This document shows positions 52,540 through 63,259 of a stretch of DNA of 64,000 bases, piece by piece. Both the position numbers and the translations under genes were made by a program. Positions within the stretch are counted from its first letter, which is position 1; each line of letters opens with the position of its first letter. The notes beneath the pieces are model-generated. The model made no database searches. It saw only the letters and a list, made by a program, of their open reading frames with translations, and was not told the DNA's origin. Source of the stretch: Hyphomicrobiales bacterium (GTDB lineage Bacteria; Pseudomonadota; Alphaproteobacteria; Rhizobiales; Beijerinckiaceae); contig JAGXAN010000007.1 of NCBI GenBank assembly GCA_019075865.1, forward strand, positions 68,237 to 132,236, written 5' to 3'.

Positions 52540-53202
52540 GTGCCGTCTTTGTCCAACAATCTGGAAATACTCCATGTCCGCCGTGGCCTCATGCTGGTGC
52601 TGTCGTCACCGTCGGGTGCTGGCAAAACCACGCTGACGCGCATGTTGTTGCAGGAGCGGTCGCTGGATCTCTCCCTCTCCATCTCGGTTACCACGCGTCC
52701 AAGACGGGTGAGTGAAGCCGAGGGCGTGCATTATCATTTCATCGACAAGGCAACATTTGAAGCGATGCGTTCAGCGGGGGACATGCTGGAATCGGCGCAG
52801 GTGCACGGGAATTTCTATGGCACCCCGCGCGCGCCGGTCGAGACCGTTCTGGCGCAGGGTCGCGATGTGCTGTTTGATATTGATTATCAGGGCACGCAGC
52901 AATTGCGCGAAAAGGCCAAGGCCGACGTCGTGACCATTTTCATCCTGCCGCCGTCCATGGCAGAATTGCGCAAGCGTCTGCAGCGCCGCGCCGAAGATTC
53001 ACATGAAGTCATTGAAACCCGGCTGGAAAATGCCCGGCACGAGCTGGAGCGCTGGAAGGTTTATGACTATGTGCTCGTGAATGATGATCTCGACCGCACT
53101 TTCCGCGACGTGCAGGCGATTCTCGCCGCTGAGCGGCTAAAGGTGCTGCGCCGGTGGGCGCATGTCGAGCATATCGTTAATAATCTTTTGGCCGAGCACT
53201 AA
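52540..53202 (+). CDS. gmk: Guanylate kinase
   Basis: P-loop [11 protein letters not shown], then ...[15 protein letters not shown] start. Confidence 0.93.
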   Translation: MPSLSNNLEILHVRRGLMLVLSSPSGAGKTTLTRMLLQERSLDLSLSISVTTRPRRVSEAEGVHYHFIDKATFEAMRSAGDMLESAQVHGNFYGTPRAPVETVLAQGRDVLFDIDYQGTQQLREKAKADVVTIFILPPSMAELRKRLQRRAEDSHEVIETRLENARHELERWKVYDYVLVNDDLDRTFRDVQAILAAERLKVLRRWAHVEHIVNNLLAEH

Positions 53203-54065
53203 TCCCGCCCCGGCAACTGGCGTGCGAGTTGCACAAATCCCTCGACGGGCACTTCCTCGGCGCGCTGGCTTGGCAAAATACCGGCATTCTCAAGCGCGGA
53301 CTGCGGGTTAAAGCCCGGATATGCCGCCCCCAGACCTTTCAGCGATTGGCGCAACATTTTGCGCCTTTGCGCAAAGGCCGCCTTGGTGACCGCCACAAGA
53401 TCCTCAAGCTGGCAGGGCAGGGGTTGCGGGTTGAGGACCAGTTCCACCACGCTGGAAGTGATCTTGGGCGGCGGCGTGAAGGCGCTGGCGGGCACATCAA
53501 ACAAGATGCGAGCATGGCTGCGCCAACCGCATAATACGCTCAGACGGCCATAATCGGCCCGTTGCTGCGGGGTGGCGACAATGCGTTCGGCTACCTCGCG
53601 CTGGAACATCAGCACCAAACGCTGAATGGGCGGCGGCCAATGGTCAGCCTCCAGCCATTTGACCAGAAGTGCCGTCCCCACATTATAGGGCAGGTTGGCG
53701 ACGATGGCGGTGGCACCGTGTTGGCTGGCCAAAGCCATCATGTCCAAAGCCAGCGCGTCCCCGGCGATGATCTCGAGTTGACCGGGACATGCGGTGGCAA
53801 TTTCCGCCAATGCGGCGAGACAACGCGTATCCGGCTCGATGGCGATGACTTTGGCCGCACCCTCCATCAACAGAGCCCGCGTCAGGCCGCCGGGGCCGGG
53901 GCCGACTTCAATGACCGTCAGCCCCTCTAGCGGCCCGGCAGCGCGGGCGATTTTTCGGGTCAGGTTGAGGTCGAACAGAAAGTTTTGGCCCAGCGATTTT
54001 TTGGGGGCAATCTCGAAGCGGGCGACGACGTCACGCAAGGGTGGCAGTTGATCGAGCCCGTTCAT
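53199..54065 (-). CDS. rsmA: 16S rRNA (adenine1518/1519-N6)-dimethyltransferase
   Basis: KKSLGQNFL and the SAM motif [12 protein letters not shown]. It follows pdxA as in the conserved lptD-surA-pdxA-rsmA cluster. Confidence 0.93.
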   Translation of the reverse strand: MNGLDQLPPLRDVVARFEIAPKKSLGQNFLFDLNLTRKIARAAGPLEGLTVIEVGPGPGGLTRALLMEGAAKVIAIEPDTRCLAALAEIATACPGQLEIIAGDALALDMMALASQHGATAIVANLPYNVGTALLVKWLEADHWPPPIQRLVLMFQREVAERIVATPQQRADYGRLSVLCGWRSHARILFDVPASAFTPPPKITSSVVELVLNPQPLPCQLEDLVAVTKAAFAQRRKMLRQSLKGLGAAYPGFNPQSALENAGILPSQRAEEVPVEGFVQLARQLPGRD

Positions 54066-55069
54066 GCGAGACGCGCAGCCAGTGCCAGCGCCGCCAACAG
54101 GCTGTCAGGCTTGGCAATGCCGCGTCCGGCAATGTCAAAGGCGGTGCCGTGGTCGGGCGAGGTGCGCACAAATGGCAGGCCGAGGGTCGTGTTGACGCCG
54201 TGATCAAATGCCAGGGTCTTGATCGGGATCAGCGCCTGATCATGATACATGCAGATGGCGGCGTCGTATTTCTTGCGGGCGGCGGCATGAAACATCGTGT
54301 CCGCGGGCATTGGACCAATGACATTGTGGCCGGCGGCCTGCAATGCGCGGATCGCTGGCGCAATGATGTCGCGGTCTTCCGTGCCAATCGTTGCGTTTTC
54401 GCCCGCGTGCGGATTAAGGCCGGCAACCGCTATTCGGGGTGCCTGGATGCCAAAGCGCTGGCGCAGGTCGTCGATCACGATTTGGGTCGTCTCAATAATC
54501 AGTGTTGTGGTCAGCAGGTCGGGCACGCGGGCCAGAGGAACGTGAACCGTGACCGGAACCACCGCGAGTTCGGGTGCCCACAGCATCATCACTGGCAGGA
54601 CAGGTCGTTTCCAAAGTTGGCTCGCCTGCGCCCCGAGGAACTCGGTGTGTCCGGGAAACTGAAATCCGGCCTGGTACATGCGGTCTTTGGCGATGGGGCA
54701 AGTGACGATGGCGGCTGCCTGCCCGGCATAGACATATTCTACCGCCCGCTGCATGGATTCCAGTGTGCCAGGTGTATTGGCACTGCTGGCTTCATCATCA
54801 AATTTGTGCTGGAGCGGAACCACAGGCAAGGCATTGGCAAAGCTGGCATTTGCCTGCGCAATGGCGATGGTGGCAATAGGCACCTGCCAGCCAAGCCTTT
54901 GCGCGAGGCGGGTGAGATGGTCAGGATCGGCAAGGGCGAAAAACGGTCGCTGGCCCGGCATTCGCCGCAACCAAGCCTGAAGGACGAGCTCCGGCCCAAT
55001 GCCAGCGGCGTCGCCGATCGTCAATGCCAATGGGCGCGGATCGGCGGCCGGGCTGGAAGCTGCGGACAT
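54062..55069 (-). CDS. pdxA: 4-hydroxythreonine-4-phosphate dehydrogenase
   Basis: [16 protein letters not shown]-terminus, GLNPHAGE, and [14 protein letters not shown] chose ATG 55069, 1 nt after the surA stop, over the track's 55276. Confidence 0.92.
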   Translation of the reverse strand: MSAASSPAADPRPLALTIGDAAGIGPELVLQAWLRRMPGQRPFFALADPDHLTRLAQRLGWQVPIATIAIAQANASFANALPVVPLQHKFDDEASSANTPGTLESMQRAVEYVYAGQAAAIVTCPIAKDRMYQAGFQFPGHTEFLGAQASQLWKRPVLPVMMLWAPELAVVPVTVHVPLARVPDLLTTTLIIETTQIVIDDLRQRFGIQAPRIAVAGLNPHAGENATIGTEDRDIIAPAIRALQAAGHNVIGPMPADTMFHAAARKKYDAAICMYHDQALIPIKTLAFDHGVNTTLGLPFVRTSPDHGTAFDIAGRGIAKPDSLLAALALAARLA

Positions 55070-55070
55070 G

Positions 55071-55979
55071 TTACCGTCTTTCGATGGTCGCCTTGCTGCG
55101 CAGACTGGCATAGCTGGCGGCAATCTGCTTTTGCAGGCGGTCGGCCATGATTTCATTGGTGACGGCGGTACGCAATGCTTCCTGGCTCTTGGCCGCGGTC
55201 TTCGCGCAGACGGCAACCACGGAAATGCCGTTGAAGTCCCGTTCGGGAGGGGTGAGGTGGCCCACGGGCGTCGCATTGAGAATTTTCAGCAATTCCGGGG
55301 TCATGGCCGTCGAATTGCGGGTGATGGGATCATGCAGCACCGCGTTGGGCATGGTGCGGGCCATTGCCAGGCCGGTTTCGCATGAGGTGAATTTGGCGCG
55401 AAGCGCCGTGGCATCATGGGCAATCCGGTTGACTTCGGCGGGTGATGCCGAACGCGACAGTGCAAATACAATCTGTTGAAGCCGATAATCGGTCGACTGC
55501 TTTTCGCTTTGGCCGCGGCTGGCGATGGCGGCATCGACCTCAGCGTTGCTGGGCTCGATCATTTTGTTTTGCGAGCGCACGATGAAGCCAAAGCCAGCTT
55601 CCGCGCGCCAATGATCATTGAGAATTGTGGAAGTCAGTCCGGCGCGCTGAAGCCCTTGCGCGAAAGCCTCCGGGTTCATTTTGTGGCGCTTGGCCGCATC
55701 GATGATCGCTTGGGTAATGTCACCGCCGCCCACCGAGACGCTATAGGTTTTCATTTCCTGCAATTTGATGATGTCGGCAGCCACTGATTCGAGGGCAGCG
55801 TTGGGGGTGGCTGGCTGGTGCTCAAGCCGAAGCAGCTTGACGCGATTGGCGATATCGACGGAGGTTACCGCAACGCCGTTGACGAGCGCCGTAATTGATT
55901 GAGCATGGGCTGGAATTGCACCGCCAAGCCACATGGCCGCCAGGATTGCCGCAGATTTTGCAAGGTTTTTAAGCGCCAT
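55071..55979 (-). CDS. surA: SurA-like periplasmic chaperone / peptidyl-prolyl isomerase
   Basis: 302 aa from ATG 55979, with signal peptide (…GGAIPAHA|QS) and a SurA-N-like region. It sits between lptD and pdxA. The call rests mostly on synteny. Confidence 0.75.
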   Translation of the reverse strand: MALKNLAKSAAILAAMWLGGAIPAHAQSITALVNGVAVTSVDIANRVKLLRLEHQPATPNAALESVAADIIKLQEMKTYSVSVGGGDITQAIIDAAKRHKMNPEAFAQGLQRAGLTSTILNDHWRAEAGFGFIVRSQNKMIEPSNAEVDAAIASRGQSEKQSTDYRLQQIVFALSRSASPAEVNRIAHDATALRAKFTSCETGLAMARTMPNAVLHDPITRNSTAMTPELLKILNATPVGHLTPPERDFNGISVVAVCAKTAAKSQEALRTAVTNEIMADRLQKQIAASYASLRSKATIERR

Positions 55980-56017
55980 AAGTCTAGTCCTAATCGAGAA
56001 ATGGGCAGGTCGTGCCC

Positions 56018-58603
56018 TCAGTGCGCGGTGGATGATACCTGCTGCGTTCCGAGGCTGGTTTGCACGGAGGAACTGCCCAGCGTTTTCAGTTTGAGTTCCA
56101 TGAGCACCGTGGTGTTGCGGGCGCGGGAGCTGGTGGTCGGGTCGGTGTATTGGGTGTTCAATTGCACGCCAAACGTGGTGCAATCATTATCAAAACCAAC
56201 GCCGACGGTTGCCGCTGCCACGGAGAAGCGATTGACGTTGATGTTTTGCAGGCCATTGTCGAGGTACCGGCTGAGGTCGAAGGCGATATTGCCTTTCACA
56301 TAATAGTCTTTGGCGAAAATATATTTGCCATCGAGCGCCAGCCCTTCACGCCGCTGGTTGAAGCCGATCGCCGGTTGGGCCATGTAGCGCGCATATTGCA
56401 CGCCAGCGGTGAGGTTGCCCCATTTGCCATTCGCCGCCAGATCCAGACGGTGCATGGTGAAGTTGGTATGGTCAAAGCGGCCTTTGGCGACAAAATCATA
56501 GGTCGAATCAGGCGCATAGGTGACACGCGTCACAATGTCCGAGATGTTTTGATCAAGCCCGGAACCAAGGCCAACATTGGCGGCGTCGGGGGTGGCAAAG
56601 GAATTGATGCCGGCCAGTTGATAGGATTGCCCGGCCATGAAATTGGCATAACCGCCGCGGGTGAAATTCATCGAATATTGCGCGCCGACATTGGCGCGCA
56701 CGCCCGTTTCAAAGCGGTCATAGCCGGAATATTTCGACCAATCGAACAAATTGGAATCGTCGAACACCAGGCTTTGTGCATCCTCGTTGATCAAAGGGGC
56801 CGGGCCCATGCGATTGGGGCGGGCAACGATCTGTGCAATCGGCTCCAGAACCTGGGTCGCCCAGGGTGTCGATGCAAAGAGTGGATAGCGGTATTCCATA
56901 CCAATTCCCGGCGTCGCCTGACCCTGATATTTGGTATTCGAGCTGCCCAGAAAAGCCGATTGATTGGTGTTCGCAATCACGGAGGTGCCGTTGGCACTGC
57001 CGATGGTGACGCTGTTGGAATTGTCGGGGTTGATCCATTCGCCATTCAAATGGGCAAAGGCAAACGGGGTCCACACTTCGCCAATCGGATCAATCAACTT
57101 GCGCTTCCATGAAAGATTGAGCGTGGCGCGGGAGTAATCGCCGCCAATGCCGCGCAACAGGCAATGGCCCGTGGTGGTGCCGGGGGTATAGCTGTTGCAG
57201 ACGTTATAGAGACCAAAGGCATTGTCGAGATAATTGGCACCGGTCGCCTGATAGTCGGCGATGCTGCGGTTCAGGCTGGTGAAATTGCCGTCAATCTCGA
57301 CCTGTCCGCCAATGCCGCCGGATGTTGCCGGATTGATGTCGATGGTCTTGTTATAGTCGATTGAAGGTAGCACGACGGCCTGCTGCTTTTGCAGGTCATA
57401 GGCCGAAAGGTCGTGGAAATAATAGCCGCTGAGGTTGAAATAGCCGCGTGCGCTCTGCCCGGTGAGATAGGCTGTCGAGATATTCTCGTGGAAATTATTG
57501 TCAAAATTGCCGTTCAGCGGATTTTTGTAATTGGTTGAGAAGAACTTGTCCGTGGACATTTCGGCGTTCCAGCCGAATTTCCATTGCGGGCTGAGATAGA
57601 ACAGGCCCTTGCTCTCCAGTGAGCCACGGAAGCGGCGGTCACCCGGGCCGTAGGGCGCAGCCAGGAACACGCGCTGGTCCTGCTGCGAGATTCCGGAAGC
57701 GCGAATGCTGTAGGAGCCATTGGCCAACCGCTGGCGCCATTCGACATCGCCCAAAAAGCCCTGCTTGGCTGAAAAAGTGGGCGAAAAGGTCAAATCGTAA
57801 TTGGGTGCGAGATTCCAGAAATAGGGCACGGTGAGGCTGGGGCCCAATGTCGAAGAATAGGGCAAAAGACTTGGGTTCAAAAATCCGGTCTTGCGGGTGA
57901 CGCTGGCATCGGGCGATGAAAAATATGGAATATAGGCGACCGGCATCCCGAAAAATTCGAGATAGGCGTCCTCAAAATATACCGTGTGGGTTTCACCGTT
58001 TTCAATGATCTTGCGGGCCTTGACCTGCCAGATCGGCGGGCGTTCGGGGTGATCGGCGCAGCGCTGGCAGGCTGAATAAAGCCCCTTGTTGAAGCTGGTG
58101 ACATTGCCATCGGAACGCTCGGCGCGGGCGGCGGTGAAATGGGCGTGATCCACCGTTTCCGAGCGCAATTCATCGACGAAGCCGTCTTTGAAATCATCGG
58201 TCAGATCGAACTTGTTGGCATAGGAAACCGTGCCATCTGCATCTGTCAGTTTGGCATGGCCCATTGCATAGACGCGGTTCTTGGCGCGGTCATAGCGCAC
58301 TTCGTCGGCCTGAAGGGCCCGGCCCTGGTAGTACATGCGCACGTGGCCTTCGGCCGTCGCGACATTGGTGTCCTTATTGTAGGTCAGTGTGTCGGCGTTC
58401 AACAGCATGCGATCTGGCGTCTTGCCATCCGTGGTCTGTTGCGCGGCCAGCGGCGACGTTTGGGCGAGTGCCGGCAGCGCCATGGCTGCCGCAAGTCCCG
58501 CCACGACAGGCGCGATGAGGCGGAATCGCAGGCGCAAAGCCGCCAGCCGGGAAAAGCCCCCAGCCACTCGGTCTGCCAAGGGGCGATAACGCAGCCCCAT
58601 CAC
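56018..58603 (-). CDS. lptD: LPS-assembly outer membrane protein LptD
   Basis: 861 aa with a signal peptide, an OstA-like N-domain (LLNADTLTYNKDTNVATAEGHV...Y) and a large beta-barrel C-domain rich in aromatic/Gly alternation. It lies upstream of surA. Confidence 0.9.
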   Translation of the reverse strand: MMGLRYRPLADRVAGGFSRLAALRLRFRLIAPVVAGLAAAMALPALAQTSPLAAQQTTDGKTPDRMLLNADTLTYNKDTNVATAEGHVRMYYQGRALQADEVRYDRAKNRVYAMGHAKLTDADGTVSYANKFDLTDDFKDGFVDELRSETVDHAHFTAARAERSDGNVTSFNKGLYSACQRCADHPERPPIWQVKARKIIENGETHTVYFEDAYLEFFGMPVAYIPYFSSPDASVTRKTGFLNPSLLPYSSTLGPSLTVPYFWNLAPNYDLTFSPTFSAKQGFLGDVEWRQRLANGSYSIRASGISQQDQRVFLAAPYGPGDRRFRGSLESKGLFYLSPQWKFGWNAEMSTDKFFSTNYKNPLNGNFDNNFHENISTAYLTGQSARGYFNLSGYYFHDLSAYDLQKQQAVVLPSIDYNKTIDINPATSGGIGGQVEIDGNFTSLNRSIADYQATGANYLDNAFGLYNVCNSYTPGTTTGHCLLRGIGGDYSRATLNLSWKRKLIDPIGEVWTPFAFAHLNGEWINPDNSNSVTIGSANGTSVIANTNQSAFLGSSNTKYQGQATPGIGMEYRYPLFASTPWATQVLEPIAQIVARPNRMGPAPLINEDAQSLVFDDSNLFDWSKYSGYDRFETGVRANVGAQYSMNFTRGGYANFMAGQSYQLAGINSFATPDAANVGLGSGLDQNISDIVTRVTYAPDSTYDFVAKGRFDHTNFTMHRLDLAANGKWGNLTAGVQYARYMAQPAIGFNQRREGLALDGKYIFAKDYYVKGNIAFDLSRYLDNGLQNINVNRFSVAAATVGVGFDNDCTTFGVQLNTQYTDPTTSSRARNTTVLMELKLKTLGSSSVQTSLGTQQVSSTAH

Positions 58604-59685
58604 CCGTCCTCCTGATATAACAGCGCCAAAGTACCGAGCATTCCACCTGTAATGGCCGGGGTCCAGGCTGCCAGCGATACGCTGATCACGCCCGCTTCAC
58701 CCAGAGAGCCCACCAATACAGATGCGACGTAAAGCACAAAGCCTGCAATTACGCCACCCGCGACCGTTCGCGCAATACCACCAAACCTGAAAAATCTTAA
58801 AGAAAAGGCAGCAGCTACCAATACCATCGCCGCCAGCAGGACCGGTTCGGCCAAAAGCGACTCATAATGCAGCCGATAGCTGGTTGCGTCGAGCCCGGCG
58901 CTCTGGGTTTCGCGGATCAGACTTTGCAAATTCCAGAACGGCACAGAATCAGGGTCGCCGAAGCTTTGGGTGACCTGCGCCACGGTGAGATTGGTCGCCA
59001 ACGGATAGGTGGCATGTGCCACGGTCGGCTTTCCGGGGATCAGGATGCGTGCGTCGCGCAACTGCCAGTGGCCGGGGCGCAAGGTGGCGGCGCTTGCATC
59101 GATCCGATCATTAAAACTGCCGTCGTCGTTGAACTCAAAGGCACTGACGCCGGACAATTCGGAGCCATTGTCGCTGGAAAAATCCGCATGGATGATGGAT
59201 TGATGAACGCCGCTCTTTTGCCGGATCCAGAGACTGCTGCTGGCATTGGCGCCTGCTTGCCTTGCGAATAATTTCGTTTCCATGCGGTCGGCGTGCTGTT
59301 TGGCAAGCGCCGCCAGTGGATTGTAAACGGTGACGGAGACAATGCCCAGAAAGGCTGCCAGAAGCAGCGGGGCCAGCAGGAATTGCAGGGCCGAGACACC
59401 AACCGAGCGCACCACCACCAGTTCCAGCTTGCGGGACAGGGTCAGGAAAGTGCCCATTGCGCCAAACAATATGGCAAAGGGCAGGATTTTTTCGGCGATG
59501 GATGGTGCCCGCAGCAAGGATAAAAACGCGATGTAGAGAAAGGAAGCGCCCTTGATATCGTCGGCCCGCCGCAGCATTTCCACAAAATCGGCGAGGTAGA
59601 TCAACACGAAAACGAGACCAAAGACGAGCGCGGTTGAGCGCAGGAACACAATGGAAAAATAGCGGGCAAGGGTTTGCATGATCAT
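58600..59685 (-). CDS. lptG: LPS export ABC transporter permease LptG
   Basis: 361-aa YjgP/YjgQ-type permease with 6 TM segments and a periplasmic beta-jellyroll insert. It has 4-nt overlaps with lptF and lptD. Confidence 0.88.
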   Translation of the reverse strand: MIMQTLARYFSIVFLRSTALVFGLVFVLIYLADFVEMLRRADDIKGASFLYIAFLSLLRAPSIAEKILPFAILFGAMGTFLTLSRKLELVVVRSVGVSALQFLLAPLLLAAFLGIVSVTVYNPLAALAKQHADRMETKLFARQAGANASSSLWIRQKSGVHQSIIHADFSSDNGSELSGVSAFEFNDDGSFNDRIDASAATLRPGHWQLRDARILIPGKPTVAHATYPLATNLTVAQVTQSFGDPDSVPFWNLQSLIRETQSAGLDATSYRLHYESLLAEPVLLAAMVLVAAAFSLRFFRFGGIARTVAGGVIAGFVLYVASVLVGSLGEAGVISVSLAAWTPAITGGMLGTLALLYQEDG

Positions 59686-60839
59686 GCGGGCCGCGCTCCA
59701 CGGGCGAGCAGAATCTGCGCGAGGCGGTATTCAAGGCTGGGCGCGAAAGTATAGGCGGCAGCGCAGGCCAAAGTGCCAAAGGCGAGGCTGTAGCTGAAGG
59801 CAACGCCCCAGCCGCTTTTCTGGGTGATGGCGGAGGCGGCAAAGGCGAGGATGCGCACCAGCAAGGCAATGGCGGCGGCACCGGCAATGGCGATTGCCTG
59901 GCTTTGGCGCGTGGTGCGCGGCCGTCGCAATGCCGCAAAGCCGATCATCATGAATACAACGGCAAAGATCGGATTGAGAAAGCGATCATGCAATTCGGCG
60001 ACAAAGCGGCCATCATATTTGCCATGCTGCGCATTCATAAAATTCAGGGCCATCAACGAGCCTGTATCCATTTCGCGCGGCTTCAATGGCACGCCGTTGA
60101 GGTCGCCAGCGCCGAACTGCGATAGATCAATGGCATATTGATCAAACTGAACAATATCCGGGTCGATGTTGCCCGCGCTCTGGCGTTGCAGGCTGCCCTT
60201 GCGCAAAAGCAGGTAATTCTGGTCTTTGGAGTGCAGGGTTGCGCCTTCTTCGGCTATATATGTGTTGATCTGGGCGGGGTTGCGCCGATCCTGAATGAAA
60301 ATGCCCAACAGGCCATCATTGGCGCTTCGCTCGCGATAGTGGAAGACGAATCCGCCTGCGAGGGTGTTGAAGGCACCGGGCCTTGCGACATGGGTGACAA
60401 AATCGGCGCGCACGGCACTCAACAGATTGCGGGTTTTCAGAAAGCTCCACGGCATCAGATAAAGCGACAACAGTGCGACCATCAATGCCGCCAGCACGGC
60501 GACAAAGGCAAACGGGCGCAAAAGCTGGGCAGGGGACAGCCCGCCAGCGTTCATCACCACCAATTCGCTGTCGCCATTGAGTTTGTTCAACGTGTAAACA
60601 ACGCCGATGAACAAGGCGATGGGTGCGATAATGGTCAGAAGGGACGGAATAATCAGGCCCGAAGCATAGAAAAATATGAAAATGGACTGGCCCTTGGAGG
60701 TCAAAAGATCAAGATTGCGCAGGGCCTGGGTGATCCAGACCACCCCGGTCAACGCCACAAGGCTGGCGAGAAACGCGCCAGCGGTAATCTTTCCTATGTA
60801 GCGATCAACTACTTTCATTTCCTTGACAATTTGCCTCAA
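59682..60839 (-). CDS. lptF: LPS export ABC transporter permease LptF
   Basis: 385-aa YjgP/YjgQ-type permease, paralogous in layout to the downstream LptG. It is divergent from pepA, as in E. coli. Confidence 0.88.
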   Translation of the reverse strand: MRQIVKEMKVVDRYIGKITAGAFLASLVALTGVVWITQALRNLDLLTSKGQSIFIFFYASGLIIPSLLTIIAPIALFIGVVYTLNKLNGDSELVVMNAGGLSPAQLLRPFAFVAVLAALMVALLSLYLMPWSFLKTRNLLSAVRADFVTHVARPGAFNTLAGGFVFHYRERSANDGLLGIFIQDRRNPAQINTYIAEEGATLHSKDQNYLLLRKGSLQRQSAGNIDPDIVQFDQYAIDLSQFGAGDLNGVPLKPREMDTGSLMALNFMNAQHGKYDGRFVAELHDRFLNPIFAVVFMMIGFAALRRPRTTRQSQAIAIAGAAAIALLVRILAFAASAITQKSGWGVAFSYSLAFGTLACAAAYTFAPSLEYRLAQILLARGARPA

Positions 60840-61208
60840 ATTCTGACTTCAGTTTATGACGATACAGTGCAAATGCATTGGCTGAAAGCCATACATCGTC
60901 GCGGGGCCATTTCTTTGTGCGCCTGTTGCCGTGCGGTAACGCTTCGTGAAGGCGAAAGGCGCAACCGCAACTACGCCCATGACCCGCATTTGGCGCCTGT
61001 CATCGCCCGTGAATGCAAGCCATGATGCGCAAAGAAAATGATCATCCCAAGGCAAACTCCGGGCAATACCAGCCATTGGCGCTTGCTTTTATGCGGTGTG
61101 GTTGATTTTGGCAGCAATTTCCATTCGCCACTTGAAGCAGTCTCCAAAACTGCCCATGATGGAGGCCAACCCTTCGCATCGTTTTTGCAAATTTTCCCAG
61201 AGGTTCAT

Positions 61209-62789
61209 ATGTCTGAAAAAGCCAAAGTCGAATTCGTCGCCCTTTCGCAGATTCTGCCTAAGGCAGTGGCGGGCAAGGAGGCGGCCAATGCGAAAGGCGA
61301 AGCAGAGGTTTCTTGCCTGGTGGCTTTTGCGGGCGCGGCGATGGCCATGGGCGCTGGCAGTGCCAAATTGTTGGAACCCTCCGCCGAACAAATTGCGCGG
61401 GCGGCGCGGGCTGCGCGTTTCAAGGGCAAGGTGGGCAGCGTGCTCGACATTGCCGGGCCGCATGGCCTTGATTTTGACCGGCTGCTGATTCTCGGCGTCG
61501 ACAGCGGCAAGGATGTTGCGGCCTCTGATCAGGAGACCGTGATTCTTGGCGGCAAGGTTATGGGCATGCTGCGCGGCGGCAACGTGCAGGTTTTGTTTGA
61601 AATGCCAGCCCCGCTCGTTTGCGGTGCGGATGAGGCCGCTGATTTCGTGCAGGGCCTGTTGCTGCGCCATTATAAGTTTGACCTCTACAAGACCCGCAAA
61701 AAGACCGATGCCGAACCCGATGGGGCCTTGCATATCAAAGTTGGCGTGGCGGATGTCGAAGCCGCCGTTGAGGCGAGCCAGGCCACGAAGGCCGTGACCG
61801 ATGGCGTGGTCTTGGCGCGCAATTTGGTCAATGAGCCGCCGAACGTGTTGTTTCCGGAAGAATTTGCCGCGCGCGCCAAGGCACTTGAGGCTTTGGGCGT
61901 CGAAGTGACCGTGCTGGACGAGAAGGCCATGTCGAAACTGGGCATGGGAGCCTTGCTGGCAGTTGGGCAGGGGTCGCGGCGCGAAAGCCAGACGGTGATC
62001 ATGCGTTGGCGTGGCACCGGTTCGGGCAAGGAAAAGGGCAAGAAATCCAAGCCGATCGCCTTCATTGGCAAAGGCGTGATTTTTGACACCGGCGGCATTT
62101 CGATCAAGCCCGGTGCGGGCATGGAAGACATGAAGGGCGATATGGCGGGTGCGGCCTGCGTGGTTGGCCTGATGCATGCGCTCGCCGCTCGCAAGGCCAA
62201 GGTCGATGTGATCGGGGCGATCGGTGTGGTCGAGAACATGCCCGACGGCAATGCCTATCGCCCGGGGGATATTGTGAAATCCATGTCGGGACAAACCATT
62301 GAAATCATCAATACCGATGCGGAAGGCCGGTTGGTTCTGGCAGATGTGCTTTGGTATGTGCAGGACAAATACGAACCGGCGTTCATGGTGGATCTGGCGA
62401 CGCTGACCGGTGCTATTTTGGTTGCGCTGGGGCAGGAGAAGGCCGGGTTGTTCTCCAATAATGACGAATTGAGCCATCGCCTTGGCGAGGCTGGCAAAGC
62501 GACGGGTGAAGCCGTGTGGCGGCTGCCGATGGGGCCGGCCTATGACAAAATGATCGATTCCAAATTCGCCGATATGAAGAACACCGGCGGGCGCCATGGT
62601 GGTTCGATCACGGCCGCGCAGTTCCTGCAGCGTTTTGTCAATGATACGCCGTGGGCGCATCTGGATATTGCCGGCACCGGCATGGGCTCACCGCAAAGCG
62701 ACATCAACCAGAGTTGGGGTTCGGGTTGGGGCGTGCGCCTGCTGAACCGTCTGGTGGCGGATTATTACGAGGCCAAACCCAAGGCATGA
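61209..62789 (+). CDS. pepA: Leucyl aminopeptidase (M17)
   Basis: M17 signature [12 protein letters not shown], metal ligands ([20 protein letters not shown]). I chose ATG 61209. The track ORF from 61038 is an upstream extension. Confidence 0.93.
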   Translation: MSEKAKVEFVALSQILPKAVAGKEAANAKGEAEVSCLVAFAGAAMAMGAGSAKLLEPSAEQIARAARAARFKGKVGSVLDIAGPHGLDFDRLLILGVDSGKDVAASDQETVILGGKVMGMLRGGNVQVLFEMPAPLVCGADEAADFVQGLLLRHYKFDLYKTRKKTDAEPDGALHIKVGVADVEAAVEASQATKAVTDGVVLARNLVNEPPNVLFPEEFAARAKALEALGVEVTVLDEKAMSKLGMGALLAVGQGSRRESQTVIMRWRGTGSGKEKGKKSKPIAFIGKGVIFDTGGISIKPGAGMEDMKGDMAGAACVVGLMHALAARKAKVDVIGAIGVVENMPDGNAYRPGDIVKSMSGQTIEIINTDAEGRLVLADVLWYVQDKYEPAFMVDLATLTGAILVALGQEKAGLFSNNDELSHRLGEAGKATGEAVWRLPMGPAYDKMIDSKFADMKNTGGRHGGSITAAQFLQRFVNDTPWAHLDIAGTGMGSPQSDINQSWGSGWGVRLLNRLVADYYEAKPKA

Positions 62790-63247
62790 CCGATATCTGG
62801 TTCTATCATCTGGAACGCCAGACGGTTGAGGCGGTATTGCCCAATCTGGTCGAAAAATCGCTGGAGCGGAACTGGCGTGTGGTGATCGAGGCCAGGGAGG
62901 AATCCCTGGTCGAGAAGCTCGACCAATGGCTTTGGAGCTATTCGCCGGAAAGCTTTGTGCCGCATGGCAGCCATCGCGATGGCAATGGTGCGGTGCAGCC
63001 AGTGTACCTTACCTGCACACCGGAAACCCCGAATGCGGCGGCGGTGCGCATTTGTGTCGGCGGGGCGGATCCCTTGGGGAGCCTTGCGGCGGGCGCGCAA
63101 TTTGAGCGGATGATTTTGTTGATTGACGGTCGTGAACCGGATGCGGTCATTCTGGCACGCCAGCAATGGCTGGCGCTGCGGGCGCAACACCACACGCTGA
63201 GCTACTGGCAACAGAACGAGCACGGCGGCTGGCAAAAGAAAGCCTGA
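62786..63247 (+). CDS. holC: DNA polymerase III subunit chi
   Basis: 153 aa with a HolC-like sequence ([30 protein letters not shown]...LDQWLWSY...SFVPHG). An ATGA overlap joins it to pepA, in the conserved pepA-holC order. Confidence 0.85.
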   Translation: MTDIWFYHLERQTVEAVLPNLVEKSLERNWRVVIEAREESLVEKLDQWLWSYSPESFVPHGSHRDGNGAVQPVYLTCTPETPNAAAVRICVGGADPLGSLAAGAQFERMILLIDGREPDAVILARQQWLALRAQHHTLSYWQQNEHGGWQKKA

Positions 63248-63259
63248 TCCGTAGGCCTT

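Noticed and set aside
60997-61014. CTGTCAT-CGCC-CGTGAAT in the lptF/pepA spacer as a possible Pho box.
   Set aside because: The second repeat matches only 3 of 7 positions. There is also no functional rationale.
61089-62660. 523-aa ORF antisense to pepA. Similar cases are 20753-22003 (versus hppA), 11347-12471 (versus ntrC), 54041-55150 (versus pdxA), 56060-57112 (versus lptD), 23863-24849 (versus plsX), 25181-26125 (versus fabH) and 395-1282 (versus rplR/rpsE).
   Set aside because: This is the same codon-bias artefact. Each overlaps a gene with strong family signatures on the other strand, and none has recognisable domains.
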